Positions 1 to 8,572 of a stretch of 26,079 nucleotides of DNA are shown here, piece after piece. The notes under the pieces were generated by a model. That model was not told where the DNA came from. It ran no database searches and saw only the letters and a program-made list of their open reading frames with translations. The translations under genes and the position numbers were made by a program. How positions within the stretch are numbered: position 1 is the first letter of the stretch; each line of letters opens with the position of its first letter. Source of the stretch: Candidatus Velthaea sp. (GTDB lineage: Bacteria; Vulcanimicrobiota; Vulcanimicrobiia; Vulcanimicrobiales; Vulcanimicrobiaceae); the NCBI GenBank assembly GCA_965214935.1, contig CBDCCS010000009.1:1-26079 (forward strand), written 5' to 3'.

Positions 1-1
1 C

Positions 2-727
2 GGAGAACAGGAGATTGAGGTCTATAGTCGCGGCAGGTGGAGGCGAGCTGCTTACCGTCCCGACACCATCGGCTTGACGCCGGGCGGTATGACCGACCGC
101 TTGCGCCGACGCATCAATGCGAATGCTGGCCCTGCCTGCAAGATCAACCTCTATATTGCGCAGGCACTCTTCGACGAGGCGGCAGATCATCTTCGCCGAG
201 CCGGTAGCTCGACCGCCCTCCGCCCGCCGGTCACACTGGCTCAAGCCGACTGCACGCTTCGAATGGCTGCGCAGGCGTTGCTGCAGGCCTCGCGAGCCGG
301 GGCGCCGAGCCTCTATGCCGATAGCATGGCGCAATGGCTCGCCATTCATTTGTTGACGTCGCTTAAGGGAAGCGATAGAGAGCGTGCCGCATTCGAGGGC
401 GCCAGGTTAAAAGATAAGCGATTAAGCAATTTGCTGGAGTTCATGGAACACAATTTTTCCGAGCAGCTGTCCGTTGACCGCCTCGCCCGTGAAGCTGCCA
501 TTAGTAAGTTTCACTTTACTCGATTGTTTCACCAAGCCACCGGTTTTACGCCGCATCGCTGGCTTTGCGATCGTCGCCTTGATGCCGCAAAGCAATTATT
601 GGAAACAACGGATCTCTCGGTCGGCGAGATCGCAGACCGGTGCGGCTTCGCTCACGCTAACTATTTCGCGACTGCATTCTCGAAAAGGTTTGGCATCAGT
701 CCGAGCGACTACCGGCTCGCGTATTGA
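2..727 (+). CDS. AraC/XylS-family transcriptional regulator (5'-partial)
   Basis: C-terminal double HTH typical of AraC (LSVDRLAREAAISKFHFTRLF...LSVGEIADRCGFAHANYFATAFSKRFGISPSDYR). The frame is open from base 2, so the true start lies upstream of the window. Confidence 0.93.
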   Translation, partial: GEQEIEVYSRGRWRRAAYRPDTIGLTPGGMTDRLRRRINANAGPACKINLYIAQALFDEAADHLRRAGSSTALRPPVTLAQADCTLRMAAQALLQASRAGAPSLYADSMAQWLAIHLLTSLKGSDRERAAFEGARLKDKRLSNLLEFMEHNFSEQLSVDRLAREAAISKFHFTRLFHQATGFTPHRWLCDRRLDAAKQLLETTDLSVGEIADRCGFAHANYFATAFSKRFGISPSDYRLAY

Positions 728-1353
728 GCAGTGGTGCCGAATTTGTGTTGTTTATTAGGTGTTGAAATTCGCCGAAAACTTGTAGAGCACATACGACCGT
801 AAATGGATTACTTAATAGAGGATTTCACGCTAGAGTAATTTGTGCATTTGGTATGCTCGCGCTTCGCTTGCAAAACACTCCCGCATTATAGCCGTCCTCT
901 ACAAGCCTTGGCTGTTTTTTCGCTGCAATCGCCGACATTTTTGTTTCGCAACTCCAGCGTTACGACGGATCGGCTACTTCAATGCTGGCTCCATCACTTT
1001 CGGGTGTTCCGCCACGCACGGTCGAGCAATTCGGCTGATCGCAGCGGCTTAGTCGATGCCGATTATGCGCATTGGTCGAATCGACCGTTTGATGAGCTTG
1101 CCGGATGAGCGTAGGAACGCTTTAGCTTAGTCGCTTAATTTTCGTCGCTTCCGAGTTTTAGATTCCCGCGGTCGTTGATGATGTCTGGTCGCTCTTTGTT
1201 TCGCGTGTGCTATCATCGAGACGCCCAAGGCTGGAAACGGCATCCTAATTTTGAACTTCTGGCGGCACTTGAGATTTGAACCCCTAAGTAAAATCCGAGT
1301 CGTCCTTAGCGAGGAAGAAGCCGGCTACGCTAACACGGCCAAACGGCCCCGGA

Positions 1354-1376
1354 ATCTGTCAAGCTATTTGAGACCA
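1354..1376. repeat. IS terminal inverted repeat (downstream end of transposase)
   Basis: ATCTGTCAAGCTATTTGAGACCA matches the reverse complement of 2848-2871 (ATCTGTCAACATGAATTGAGACCA). Confidence 0.85.
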
Positions 1377-1395
1377 TCGAGTAAAAATAGTTACG

Positions 1396-2373
1396 CTATG
1401 CCGCGCATAGTTCGTCCGACGGTGGATTAATCCAGACCGCCTCCGGTAGCGACTGGCGCTTGGGCTGACCATTGACGAATCGCTCGGGATGAGACTCAAA
1501 GGCGGCGCACATAATAGCGTGTCGTTGAGCAAGTCGGTCGGTGCCGGTCCCAGCATGAACTTCCGCCGGCGTCAACATCGCGATTCCAGAGTGTCGATGT
1601 TCGTTGTTGTAATAGGCCATGAAGGCGCGCGTGTGACCCAGGGCGTGTTCGAAGCAGCCGAATCGATCGGGGAAGTCAGCCGCATACTTCATGGTCTTAA
1701 ATTGCGCTTCGGAGTACGGGTTATCATCGCTCACGTGGGGCCGGCTGTGCGATCTTCGCACCGCGAGTCGCTCCAAGAGTGTTCCGACAAGTTGCGCGGT
1801 CATCTCGGTGCCGCGATCGGCATGCACGGTCAGAGTGCCCGGAGTAATGCACTGTACTGCAATCGTTTCCGCGATGAATTCCGCTGCGATCGTTGCATCG
1901 GCTCGCCGCACCAAAGTCCAACCGACGACCATGCGGCTAAAGACATCGAGCATGACAAGCAGCGAATACCATTCACCGCGATTTGGGCCTCGCAGTTTGG
2001 TGATGTCCCACGACCAACACTGGTTCGGCGCCGTCGCGAGTAACTCGGGTTTCACGTACTCGGGATGACGTGCTTGGCGCCGACGTTCACGGACCTCGTC
2101 ACTCATACGCAATAGCCGATACATCGTGCTTTCCGAGCAAAGATATCGACCTTCGTCGAGTAGAATCGCGACGACTTGACCTGGCGATCGGTCGACAAAC
2201 CGCGGGCCACGCAGCAGCACCAAGACCTCGTCCCGCTCGCCATCCGTGAGGCGACGCGCAGCAATTCGCGGCGCGGCATGATTGGCGATGAGCGTTGGCT
2301 TTCGCAAGAGAGTCGCTCGCGAGACGCCGAGTGCGTAACACACCAGACGCGTCGGATACTCGCGGCATAACAT
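1396..2373 (-). CDS. IS3-family transposase OrfB (rve/DDE integrase core)
   Basis: Motifs PNQCWSWDIT, LDVFSRMVVGW, HADRG, DNPYSEAQFKTMK and YYNNEHRHSGI. The frame stays open upstream to the A8G slippery site. Confidence 0.93.
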   Translation of the reverse strand: MLCREYPTRLVCYALGVSRATLLRKPTLIANHAAPRIAARRLTDGERDEVLVLLRGPRFVDRSPGQVVAILLDEGRYLCSESTMYRLLRMSDEVRERRRQARHPEYVKPELLATAPNQCWSWDITKLRGPNRGEWYSLLVMLDVFSRMVVGWTLVRRADATIAAEFIAETIAVQCITPGTLTVHADRGTEMTAQLVGTLLERLAVRRSHSRPHVSDDNPYSEAQFKTMKYAADFPDRFGCFEHALGHTRAFMAYYNNEHRHSGIAMLTPAEVHAGTGTDRLAQRHAIMCAAFESHPERFVNGQPKRQSLPEAVWINPPSDELCAA

Positions 2374-2387
2374 GCGACAAACCGCGA

Positions 2388-2801
2388 TTAATCTTCGTCG
2401 ATGATCTCGCGGCTCTCGGAGTCCATCCCCAAGAGCCGCGCCGCTTTTTTTTGGATTTCTCCAATAAGCTCAGCGCGTTCGACACGTCGTCGTAGTTTGC
2501 GGTTCTCTCGCTCGAGTTCCACGATACGACGACTTGCGGCTTGCGCATCACCTTTTTGCTGCTCGCGCGCTTTCAATGCGCGAGCGTCGAGATCACCGTG
2601 CTGTAGCTGGCGACGCCAGGTCGCGATTTGCGATGAATACACGCCTTCGCGACGGAGCACCGCACCTTGCATTCCGTGCGCTGCTGCGTCGACTGCTGCC
2701 AGGATTCGACGCTTCTCTGCAGGCGAGAATCGACGCCGCTTCGCTTTGAGTACGATCTCCGGCGAGGCCGGAATCTTGCCGTTGGTAGTGGTTGCCATCA
2801 T
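2388..2801 (-). CDS. IS3-family transposase OrfA (HTH + leucine zipper)
   Basis: KRRRFSPAEKRRIL...LRREGVYSSQIATWRR, then coiled coil LERENRKLRRRVERAELIGEIQKK. GGAG RBS upstream of the ATG. Confidence 0.9.
   Translation of the reverse strand: MMATTTNGKIPASPEIVLKAKRRRFSPAEKRRILAAVDAAAHGMQGAVLRREGVYSSQIATWRRQLQHGDLDARALKAREQQKGDAQAASRRIVELERENRKLRRRVERAELIGEIQKKAARLLGMDSESREIIDED
2444..2452 (-). promoter_or_regulatory. Programmed -1 ribosomal frameshift site (AAAAAAAAG) producing OrfAB
   Basis: The minus strand reads CAA AAA AAA GCG near the orfA 3' end. A -1 shift enters the orfB frame, which has no stop between 2460 and 2373 (KSGAALGDGLREPRDHRRRLIAVCRM). Confidence 0.8.
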
Positions 2802-2847
2802 GAGGATCTCCGCTGCCCCGGTCGTGAGCTTAGACGGTTCGAGTGGC

Positions 2848-2871
2848 TGGTCTCAATTCATGTTGACAGAT
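2848..2871. repeat. IS terminal inverted repeat (upstream end of transposase)
   Basis: TGGTCTCAATTCATGTTGACAGAT is the inverted partner of 1354-1376. Confidence 0.85.
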
Positions 2872-3087
2872 GGGGCCCCCAGGACGCACGTATCAGCGGA
2901 AGGTGGACGTTTATCCAATCTCGGTTGAACGATGCCGCTGGCTTACGCGCATAGGTGACGTACATTGTGACCAATAGCTTGCCCCTTTGCAATACTGCCT
3001 ATGTTCTCGGCGACGATAGCCTCTCAAGATGCAGCAGCGCTCAACCTTGATCGAGAGTCGGTCGGCGAATACCCTGATCTTGAGCCG

Positions 3088-3654
3088 TCAGAATTGCTCT
3101 TCGCTTAGAACGTCGAACGCGTTGAGCGTTATCGACACCTGCGCGTACATGCTGACCCAAAGCACGAGCTCGTAAAGTGCGCCTTGACCCAACAGCTTAA
3201 GAGCTGCCTTATACAACGCGCCTGGTAGAACGCCGCCGAGGACAAGTGCGCTTGCTACGTCATATGCCGCCGAGTCTTCGCGCGACAATCCGGCAGGACG
3301 TTGACCGGCGCTTATGACTGCGATTGTGGTCGCATCCACCCCTTCGCTAGCCGCAGTCGCCGCGTGCGCATATAATTCATAAGCTGCTCGATAGTGAGCG
3401 CCGGTCACCAAAATCGCGATCTGCTTGGCCGATTCCGGCAAACGTTTAAGCGCGGTGACCGCTGCAATTTGATCGTAGTGTGCTTGGCCGACTTTTGGTT
3501 CGTGCAAAAATACGCCCCAGGGTCCGAGCAGAGCGCCGTCTTCCCGCATTGTCGTGAATGACGTGAAGCTCTCTGAAATCTGCTTGCGATTGCGCTCATA
3601 TAAAGCCTTTTGCTCGGTCGTCAGCTGGTCCGGCGGAATAGTCGTTAGACGCAT
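3088..3654 (-). CDS. Carboxymuconolactone decarboxylase (CMD/AhpD-like) family protein
   Basis: MRL...GALLGPW...KQIAILVTGAHYRAAYELYAH...A...G pattern. AAGGA RBS before ATG 3654. Lies directly behind the Moco-subunit gene. Confidence 0.8.
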   Translation of the reverse strand: MRLTTIPPDQLTTEQKALYERNRKQISESFTSFTTMREDGALLGPWGVFLHEPKVGQAHYDQIAAVTALKRLPESAKQIAILVTGAHYRAAYELYAHAATAASEGVDATTIAVISAGQRPAGLSREDSAAYDVASALVLGGVLPGALYKAALKLLGQGALYELVLWVSMYAQVSITLNAFDVLSEEQF

Positions 3655-3665
3655 TGGCAAGTTCC

Positions 3666-5822
3666 TTAAGCCATGAGAAGGCGGTCGGGGGTGATCGGCA
3701 GCCGGCGCGCACGCTTACCCGTGGCATGCCACACCGCGTTAGCGATAGCCGGCGCGACGCCGCACAGCCCAAGCTCGGCCGTTCCCTTCGTCCCGAGGGG
3801 ATTTAGGATCGGATCGTGCCCTTCGACAAATAGGGCATCGAGCTCGTGGATGTCGGCGTTCACAGGGACCAGATATTCGGCGATCGTGGCGTTCGCAACA
3901 CGGCCGAGTTGGTCGTCCCATTCGGTTTCCTCGAGCAACGCCATACCGATGCCCCCGACCATGCCGCCAATGCACTGACTATGCGCAAGCTTCGGATTGA
4001 TGATGCGTCCCGCATCGAAGGCGCCGATCAGCCGACGGACGTGAATGGTCGAAAGATCGGCGTCCACGCGCACCTCGGCGAAGATCGCGCCGAAGCCGTT
4101 CATCGCGAATTTCTTCGCATTGTCTTCGTCGGGAGCAGCATCTGCCTCGGCGGACATCTGATCGAGGCCGGCCTTGCGCAACAGGGCGGCGTTGTCCGGC
4201 ATCCGGTTACCATACATTTGCGCGAGCATCATCAGTTTTGCTTTCAGCGCTGCGCAGGCGGCTTGAACCGCCGGCCCGATACTCGACATCGTTGTCGAGC
4301 CGCCATGCTCTTTGGCTTTGGGAAACGTAGAGTCGCCTAGTTGAAAACGGACCATACCGATCGGAAGGTTCAGCGCATCGGCGGCGACTTGCGTAGCCGA
4401 AGTATAGGTGCCCGGTCCCATATCGGTCGTCGCGCAACGTACCTCCGCGTGGCCGTCGGCGAATAACGTGGCGCTTGCGGAAGTCGGATATCTTTCTGCG
4501 GGATAGATGGCCGTCGCCATGCCGAAGCCGACGAGCTCACGACCGTCGCGCATCGACCTCGCCGCGAGCGGACGATCCCGCCACCCGAAACGCTCGGCGC
4601 CCTGCGCGTAGCACTCACGAAGCCGCTTTGACGTCCATGGCAGATCCTTCATCGGATCCCGTTCGGCGTAATTGCGAAGCCGCAGCTCGATGGGGTCGAG
4701 TTCGAGCGTTTCGGCCAGTTCGTCCATGGCCATCTCTAGGCCGATAAGACCCGTCGCCCAGCCGGGGCCGCGCATCGGACACGGCGTGTTAATGTTCATG
4801 TGAACGAGCTTGTAGCGCGTCAACAGATTCGGGCATGCGTACATAGCGCCCGCTGCGGAAAGCGCAGGCTCGGCAAATTCCTCGTACATCGAAGTTTGAC
4901 CGACCGCTTCTTGGATGAGCGCCGTCAAATTCCCCGAGTGGTCCGCGCCGAGCATCACATGCTGCTCTGATACGCCGCGAGAGCCGACGTGCGTCGCCAT
5001 CTGTCGCCGAGTCAACTCTAACCGCACGGGGCGACCCGCGCGGCGCGCCGCCATTGCGGCGAGCGTTACATGTGGCCACGTACGCAACGCAGAGCCGAAG
5101 GCGCCCCCGACGAATGGATTAATAACGCGAACGTCATCGGGCGGAATGCCGAAGCGGCGACCAATCTCGTCGCGCTCGTTTCCGACCCACTGCGTCTTGC
5201 TCCAAAGCGAAAGCTTCTCGCGATGCCACTCCGCTACGGTGGCGTGAGGTTCCATGGGATGGTGCTGTTCGCGACCCTGGCGGTAGCGTGCGTCGATGCG
5301 AACCGGCGCTCGCGCAAAAGCGCTTTCGGCCTCTCCCTTGCGGGTCTCGGGGCCGCGCTTCTTTTTTGCCGCCGCCTCTGAAGTCGGTTCGGCGAGCGCA
5401 AGATCGAAGCGCGTTCGCGGCGACGTATCAGGCGAGTAGGTCACACGCACGAGTGAGGCGCCGTATTCGGCCTGTGTCTGCGTTCGCGCGACGACCAGCG
5501 CAATAGGCTGCCCGCTGAACTTCACCTCGGGGCCGTCGAGGACGCGGAGCTGCTCGCCCGCGACGGGGTCGACGGCCGGCCGTTCTTCCGGCGTTTCGTA
5601 CGGCAGCTTGTCCGCGTTGAGGTGAGTCAGTACGAGCAACACGCCCGGAGCATGCTCGGCGTCAGACGTCTCGATCGCCGTGATGCGGCCGGCGGCGATC
5701 GTGCTGTCGGCGGTCGCAGCGTAAACGAGACCCGTCGGGTGGAACTCGGCCGCGTACTTCGCGGTTCCGGTAACTTTTGCCGTCCCATCGACTCGACTTA
5801 GCGGTTTGCCGATCGCGCTCAT
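3666..5822 (-). CDS. Xanthine dehydrogenase-family molybdopterin-binding subunit (PaoC/YagR-like aldehyde oxidoreductase)
   Basis: Motifs IGKPLSRVDGTAKVTG, HHPMEPH, VGGAFGS, MRGPG, DMGPGTYT, HGGS, QCIGGMVGGIG and KGTAELG. Confidence 0.93.
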   Translation of the reverse strand: MSAIGKPLSRVDGTAKVTGTAKYAAEFHPTGLVYAATADSTIAAGRITAIETSDAEHAPGVLLVLTHLNADKLPYETPEERPAVDPVAGEQLRVLDGPEVKFSGQPIALVVARTQTQAEYGASLVRVTYSPDTSPRTRFDLALAEPTSEAAAKKKRGPETRKGEAESAFARAPVRIDARYRQGREQHHPMEPHATVAEWHREKLSLWSKTQWVGNERDEIGRRFGIPPDDVRVINPFVGGAFGSALRTWPHVTLAAMAARRAGRPVRLELTRRQMATHVGSRGVSEQHVMLGADHSGNLTALIQEAVGQTSMYEEFAEPALSAAGAMYACPNLLTRYKLVHMNINTPCPMRGPGWATGLIGLEMAMDELAETLELDPIELRLRNYAERDPMKDLPWTSKRLRECYAQGAERFGWRDRPLAARSMRDGRELVGFGMATAIYPAERYPTSASATLFADGHAEVRCATTDMGPGTYTSATQVAADALNLPIGMVRFQLGDSTFPKAKEHGGSTTMSSIGPAVQAACAALKAKLMMLAQMYGNRMPDNAALLRKAGLDQMSAEADAAPDEDNAKKFAMNGFGAIFAEVRVDADLSTIHVRRLIGAFDAGRIINPKLAHSQCIGGMVGGIGMALLEETEWDDQLGRVANATIAEYLVPVNADIHELDALFVEGHDPILNPLGTKGTAELGLCGVAPAIANAVWHATGKRARRLPITPDRLLMA

Positions 5823-6826
5823 GCGAGAGCTCCCGCTTCCTCGACTGCACGCGTGACCGTGCGTCGGATCAACTCGATCTTGTAAGCGTTATGCTCTCGC
5901 CCAACGGCGCCATTGCCCGCGAACGCGCCGGCACGTTGAGCGAGATCGGGCGAGATCCGGCGACCGCGTAAAGCCGCCTCGACTTCGGGCAAGCGCCACG
6001 GCATTGTCGCGACGCCGGCAACGGCGATCCGCGCGTCGCGTACGAGGCCGCCGTCGATATCGAGCGCGACTGCCGCCGAGGCGAGCGCCCACTCGAAGCT
6101 CGTCCGATCGCGCACTTTGAGATAGTGCGAGCGCCAGGACGTCGATCGCCTCGGCAAGTCTATGTGAGTGATGATCTCACCAGGTGCGAGCCGTGTCTCG
6201 ATCCACGGCGTATCCGCCGGCGGCTGATGCAACTCTGCAATCGGTACGCTACGTTCGCCGCTCGTGCCGACGATCTCCACGCTCGCATCCAGTGCAACGA
6301 GCGCGTTAGCGAAATCGCCCGCGTACGTGGCGATGCAATGCTCGCTAACGCCAAGGACGGCATGTAGCCGGTTCTGCCCTGCGAGTGCGGGACATCCTGA
6401 GCCCGGCTCACGTTTGTTGCACGGTGCGCCGGGATCGCGAAAGTATCCGCAGCGGGTGCGCTGCAGCAAATTGCCTCCGACAGTCGCAAGATTGCGAACC
6501 TGCGCCGAAGCGCTCGCGAGCAATGCCTTGGAAGCCGCCGAGTAACGTTCGCGAATCTCAGGGTGTTGCGCCGCGTCGCTCATTCGAACGAGGGCACCGA
6601 TGCGCAGACCGTCCGCCGTCTGCTCGATGACGTCAAGTCGCGGAAGCCCGGTGATATCGATTATTCTGTCGGGCGCGCGCAGATGCTCTCGCATGAGCTG
6701 CATCATGTCGGTGCCGCCCGCAAAGAAATCCGAACCCGGCTGGCGGCGATCGTCCGACTGATGCCGCGCGCCGCTTTCAATTGCGGCGGTGACGCTTGGA
6801 GCTTTTACGTAAGCAAACGGATTCAT
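5819..6826 (-). CDS. Xanthine dehydrogenase-family FAD-binding subunit (PaoB/YagS-like)
   Basis: Motifs FFAGGTD, ASAQVRNLATVGGNLLQRTRC and KVRDRTSFEWALAS, plus Cys cluster C-x9-C-x8-C...C like the PaoB [4Fe-4S] site. Likely start MNPFAY at 6826, overlapping the upstream stop (ATGA). Confidence 0.92.
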   Translation of the reverse strand: MNPFAYVKAPSVTAAIESGARHQSDDRRQPGSDFFAGGTDMMQLMREHLRAPDRIIDITGLPRLDVIEQTADGLRIGALVRMSDAAQHPEIRERYSAASKALLASASAQVRNLATVGGNLLQRTRCGYFRDPGAPCNKREPGSGCPALAGQNRLHAVLGVSEHCIATYAGDFANALVALDASVEIVGTSGERSVPIAELHQPPADTPWIETRLAPGEIITHIDLPRRSTSWRSHYLKVRDRTSFEWALASAAVALDIDGGLVRDARIAVAGVATMPWRLPEVEAALRGRRISPDLAQRAGAFAGNGAVGREHNAYKIELIRRTVTRAVEEAGALA

Positions 6827-7350
6827 GCGGCATCGCCGGCGGCTACCTGCCGCACCGCCGCGACGATATTGCCATAGGCGCCGCAACGACAGATGTTTCC
6901 GCTCATCCATTCGCGGACGTCATCGTCCGAACCGGCATAGCCTTCAGCGATGCACGCAATTCCGCTCATGATTTGCCCCGGCGTGCAATAGCCGCATTGG
7001 AATCCGTCGTGCTCAATAAAAGCCGCTTGGAGCGGGTGTAGCTTACCGTTCTGAGCAAGCCCCTCGATCGTGGTGATCGCTCGGCCTTGAGCCATTATGG
7101 CCAAGACAAGGCACGAGTTCACTCTTCGATTGTCGATATGCACCGTGCATGCGCCGCATTGCCCAAGTCCACATCCTTTTTTTGTGCCAGTGAGCTGCAT
7201 GTAATCGCGTAAGGCATCGAGCAGCGTGGTGTTCGCATCGATGTCTGAAAAGCTATATCCGTTGCCATTGACGGTCAGCACGATGTCACTCGTAAGCGCA
7301 GGGTCGTTGCGGACGTTTGCCGCCGTTGCCGTACCCGTGTCACCGGCCAT
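6823..7350 (-). CDS. Xanthine dehydrogenase-family 2x[2Fe-2S] subunit (PaoA/YagT-like)
   Basis: Motifs GTKKGCGLGQCGACTV, FQCGYCTPGQ and GNICRCGAY. GGAGG RBS before ATG 7350 (MAGDTG). No twin-arginine leader. Confidence 0.93.
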   Translation of the reverse strand: MAGDTGTATAANVRNDPALTSDIVLTVNGNGYSFSDIDANTTLLDALRDYMQLTGTKKGCGLGQCGACTVHIDNRRVNSCLVLAIMAQGRAITTIEGLAQNGKLHPLQAAFIEHDGFQCGYCTPGQIMSGIACIAEGYAGSDDDVREWMSGNICRCGAYGNIVAAVRQVAAGDAA

Positions 7351-7474
7351 GAGCGCTCCTCCCATAATCAACAAGCCGACAACGGCTTCTTGGCGGGTCA
7401 AATCAGCATCAGACACTATATCGACGCTCGAGAGCAGCCGACGCAACGCAACGAAAGATCACTAGCTGTGCCGA

Positions 7475-8497
7475 TCATGCGCTTGCCTCGACTCCGGCGA
7501 GCCAATCAAGCACAGGCTTTAGCGCATCATCTGAATTCTTTTCATAGATTAAACCATGACCGTTGCCGACGATGCCGTGGTCGGTAAGTCGAATAAGCTC
7601 CGCCGCTGCGCCGGCGTCCTTAAGCATCTTGATGATTGGCGGACTTGCGGGAGCAAACGCAGATGTTTCGCCGATCACTGCCGCAATCGGAAGACTATCA
7701 AGCGACGGTAGCTTAATACTCCCGGCTGCGGCATTTCTTATGTCGTCAGGCGACTTCATCGGCGGCTCGTAGCTCAACGGCGATGCCGTCAGCCCCCAGG
7801 CAAGTTTGCCGATATTAGGAACGTCGGCGAACGGCGGTCCCATCGGTTCGATTGCGACGATCGCCTTCACGAGCTTAGGCCGCCGATCGGCCACGAGCCA
7901 CCCGACGGGGCCTGATGCGGAGTGCGTGATCAGAATCGCGGGACCGATGCGATCCAACAGTTTTGCAAGCCGGTCCGACTCGATGTCTTCACAATACGCC
8001 AGATCGGCGGGCAGCGGACCATATCCGGCGATGAATTCGTCCATCTTGCGGGCGTCGTCGGCATCGAACGGCCACTGCGTATGCGCGACGGCTTCGGGCG
8101 GGAAGTATATTTTGCGGCCCGTTTCATATGAAAACGGTGGCCCCATCTCACCCATCGTTAGCGGATGAAAAGGCGAGCGTCCCTGGCCGGGCCGGTCCAC
8201 CAGAACGATCGCATAACCGGCTTCGACGAGGCGCTGGGACCAGCCGGGTCGCCCGTCAGGTGTTTCGCGCCATTCCGTACCCTGATAACCACCGCCGTGA
8301 ACGAGCACCAGTGGCCATGGATGCGTCACCTGCTCAGGGGCTTCCCACTCAGCGAAGAGCGGGCCCCTTTGGTAGGTTTGGCCGTCAGCTTGGACACGCT
8401 CGCCCGTAATCCAAAAAGCGCCGCTTCGAACGTTCCTAGGAGCCTTTTCTCGCCAGAAGTCCGCTACGTTGCTATTGACAGCATTATTTCTTTGCAC
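7475..8497 (-). CDS. Alpha/beta-hydrolase fold protein
   Basis: LVLVHGGG, TPDGRPGW, VDRPGQGRS, nucleophile elbow THSASG and C-terminal GNGH. Start codon (GTG) is uncertain. Confidence 0.85.
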   Translation of the reverse strand: MQRNNAVNSNVADFWREKAPRNVRSGAFWITGERVQADGQTYQRGPLFAEWEAPEQVTHPWPLVLVHGGGYQGTEWRETPDGRPGWSQRLVEAGYAIVLVDRPGQGRSPFHPLTMGEMGPPFSYETGRKIYFPPEAVAHTQWPFDADDARKMDEFIAGYGPLPADLAYCEDIESDRLAKLLDRIGPAILITHSASGPVGWLVADRRPKLVKAIVAIEPMGPPFADVPNIGKLAWGLTASPLSYEPPMKSPDDIRNAAAGSIKLPSLDSLPIAAVIGETSAFAPASPPIIKMLKDAGAAAELIRLTDHGIVGNGHGLIYEKNSDDALKPVLDWLAGVEASA

Positions 8498-8538
8498 ATC
8501 GCTTGCTACGAGATGCTGCTCGCATTTGAATCGCAGTG

Positions 8539-8572
8539 CGCAAGAAATCGAAGAAAGTCCGCAATATATGAA
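8539..8572. promoter_or_regulatory. Tandem direct repeat, candidate AraC-family operator
   Basis: CGCAAgAaATcGAA (8539) and CGCAAtAtATGAA (8560) start 21 bp apart, about 40-75 bp upstream of the hydrolase start. Confidence 0.4.

Larger units (their letters stand above)
1351..2873 (-). mobile_element. IS3-family insertion sequence, apparently complete (~1.52 kb)
   Basis: orfA plus orfB (DDE) flanked by imperfect inverted repeats at 1354-1376 and 2848-2871, and by a GGCCCC direct repeat at 1345-1350 and 2874-2879 (candidate target-site duplication). End positions are uncertain by a few bp. Confidence 0.9.

Noticed and set aside
1259..1287. TGGCGGCACTTGAGATTTGAACCCC resembles the reverse complement of a tRNA 3' end (possible att remnant)
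   Set aside because: Spacing from the T-loop to CCA is 2 nt short, the T-stem pairs only 3 bp, and it does not match the 3' end of either tRNA in the window.
6827..6910. Longer N-termini given by the ORF track (FAD subunit 6910, 2Fe-2S subunit 7446, SMI1-like 10069, permease 13789, anti-sigma 15925, S53 17313)
   Set aside because: The extensions overlap upstream genes or lack an RBS. Downstream starts with an RBS or stop/start coupling fit better.
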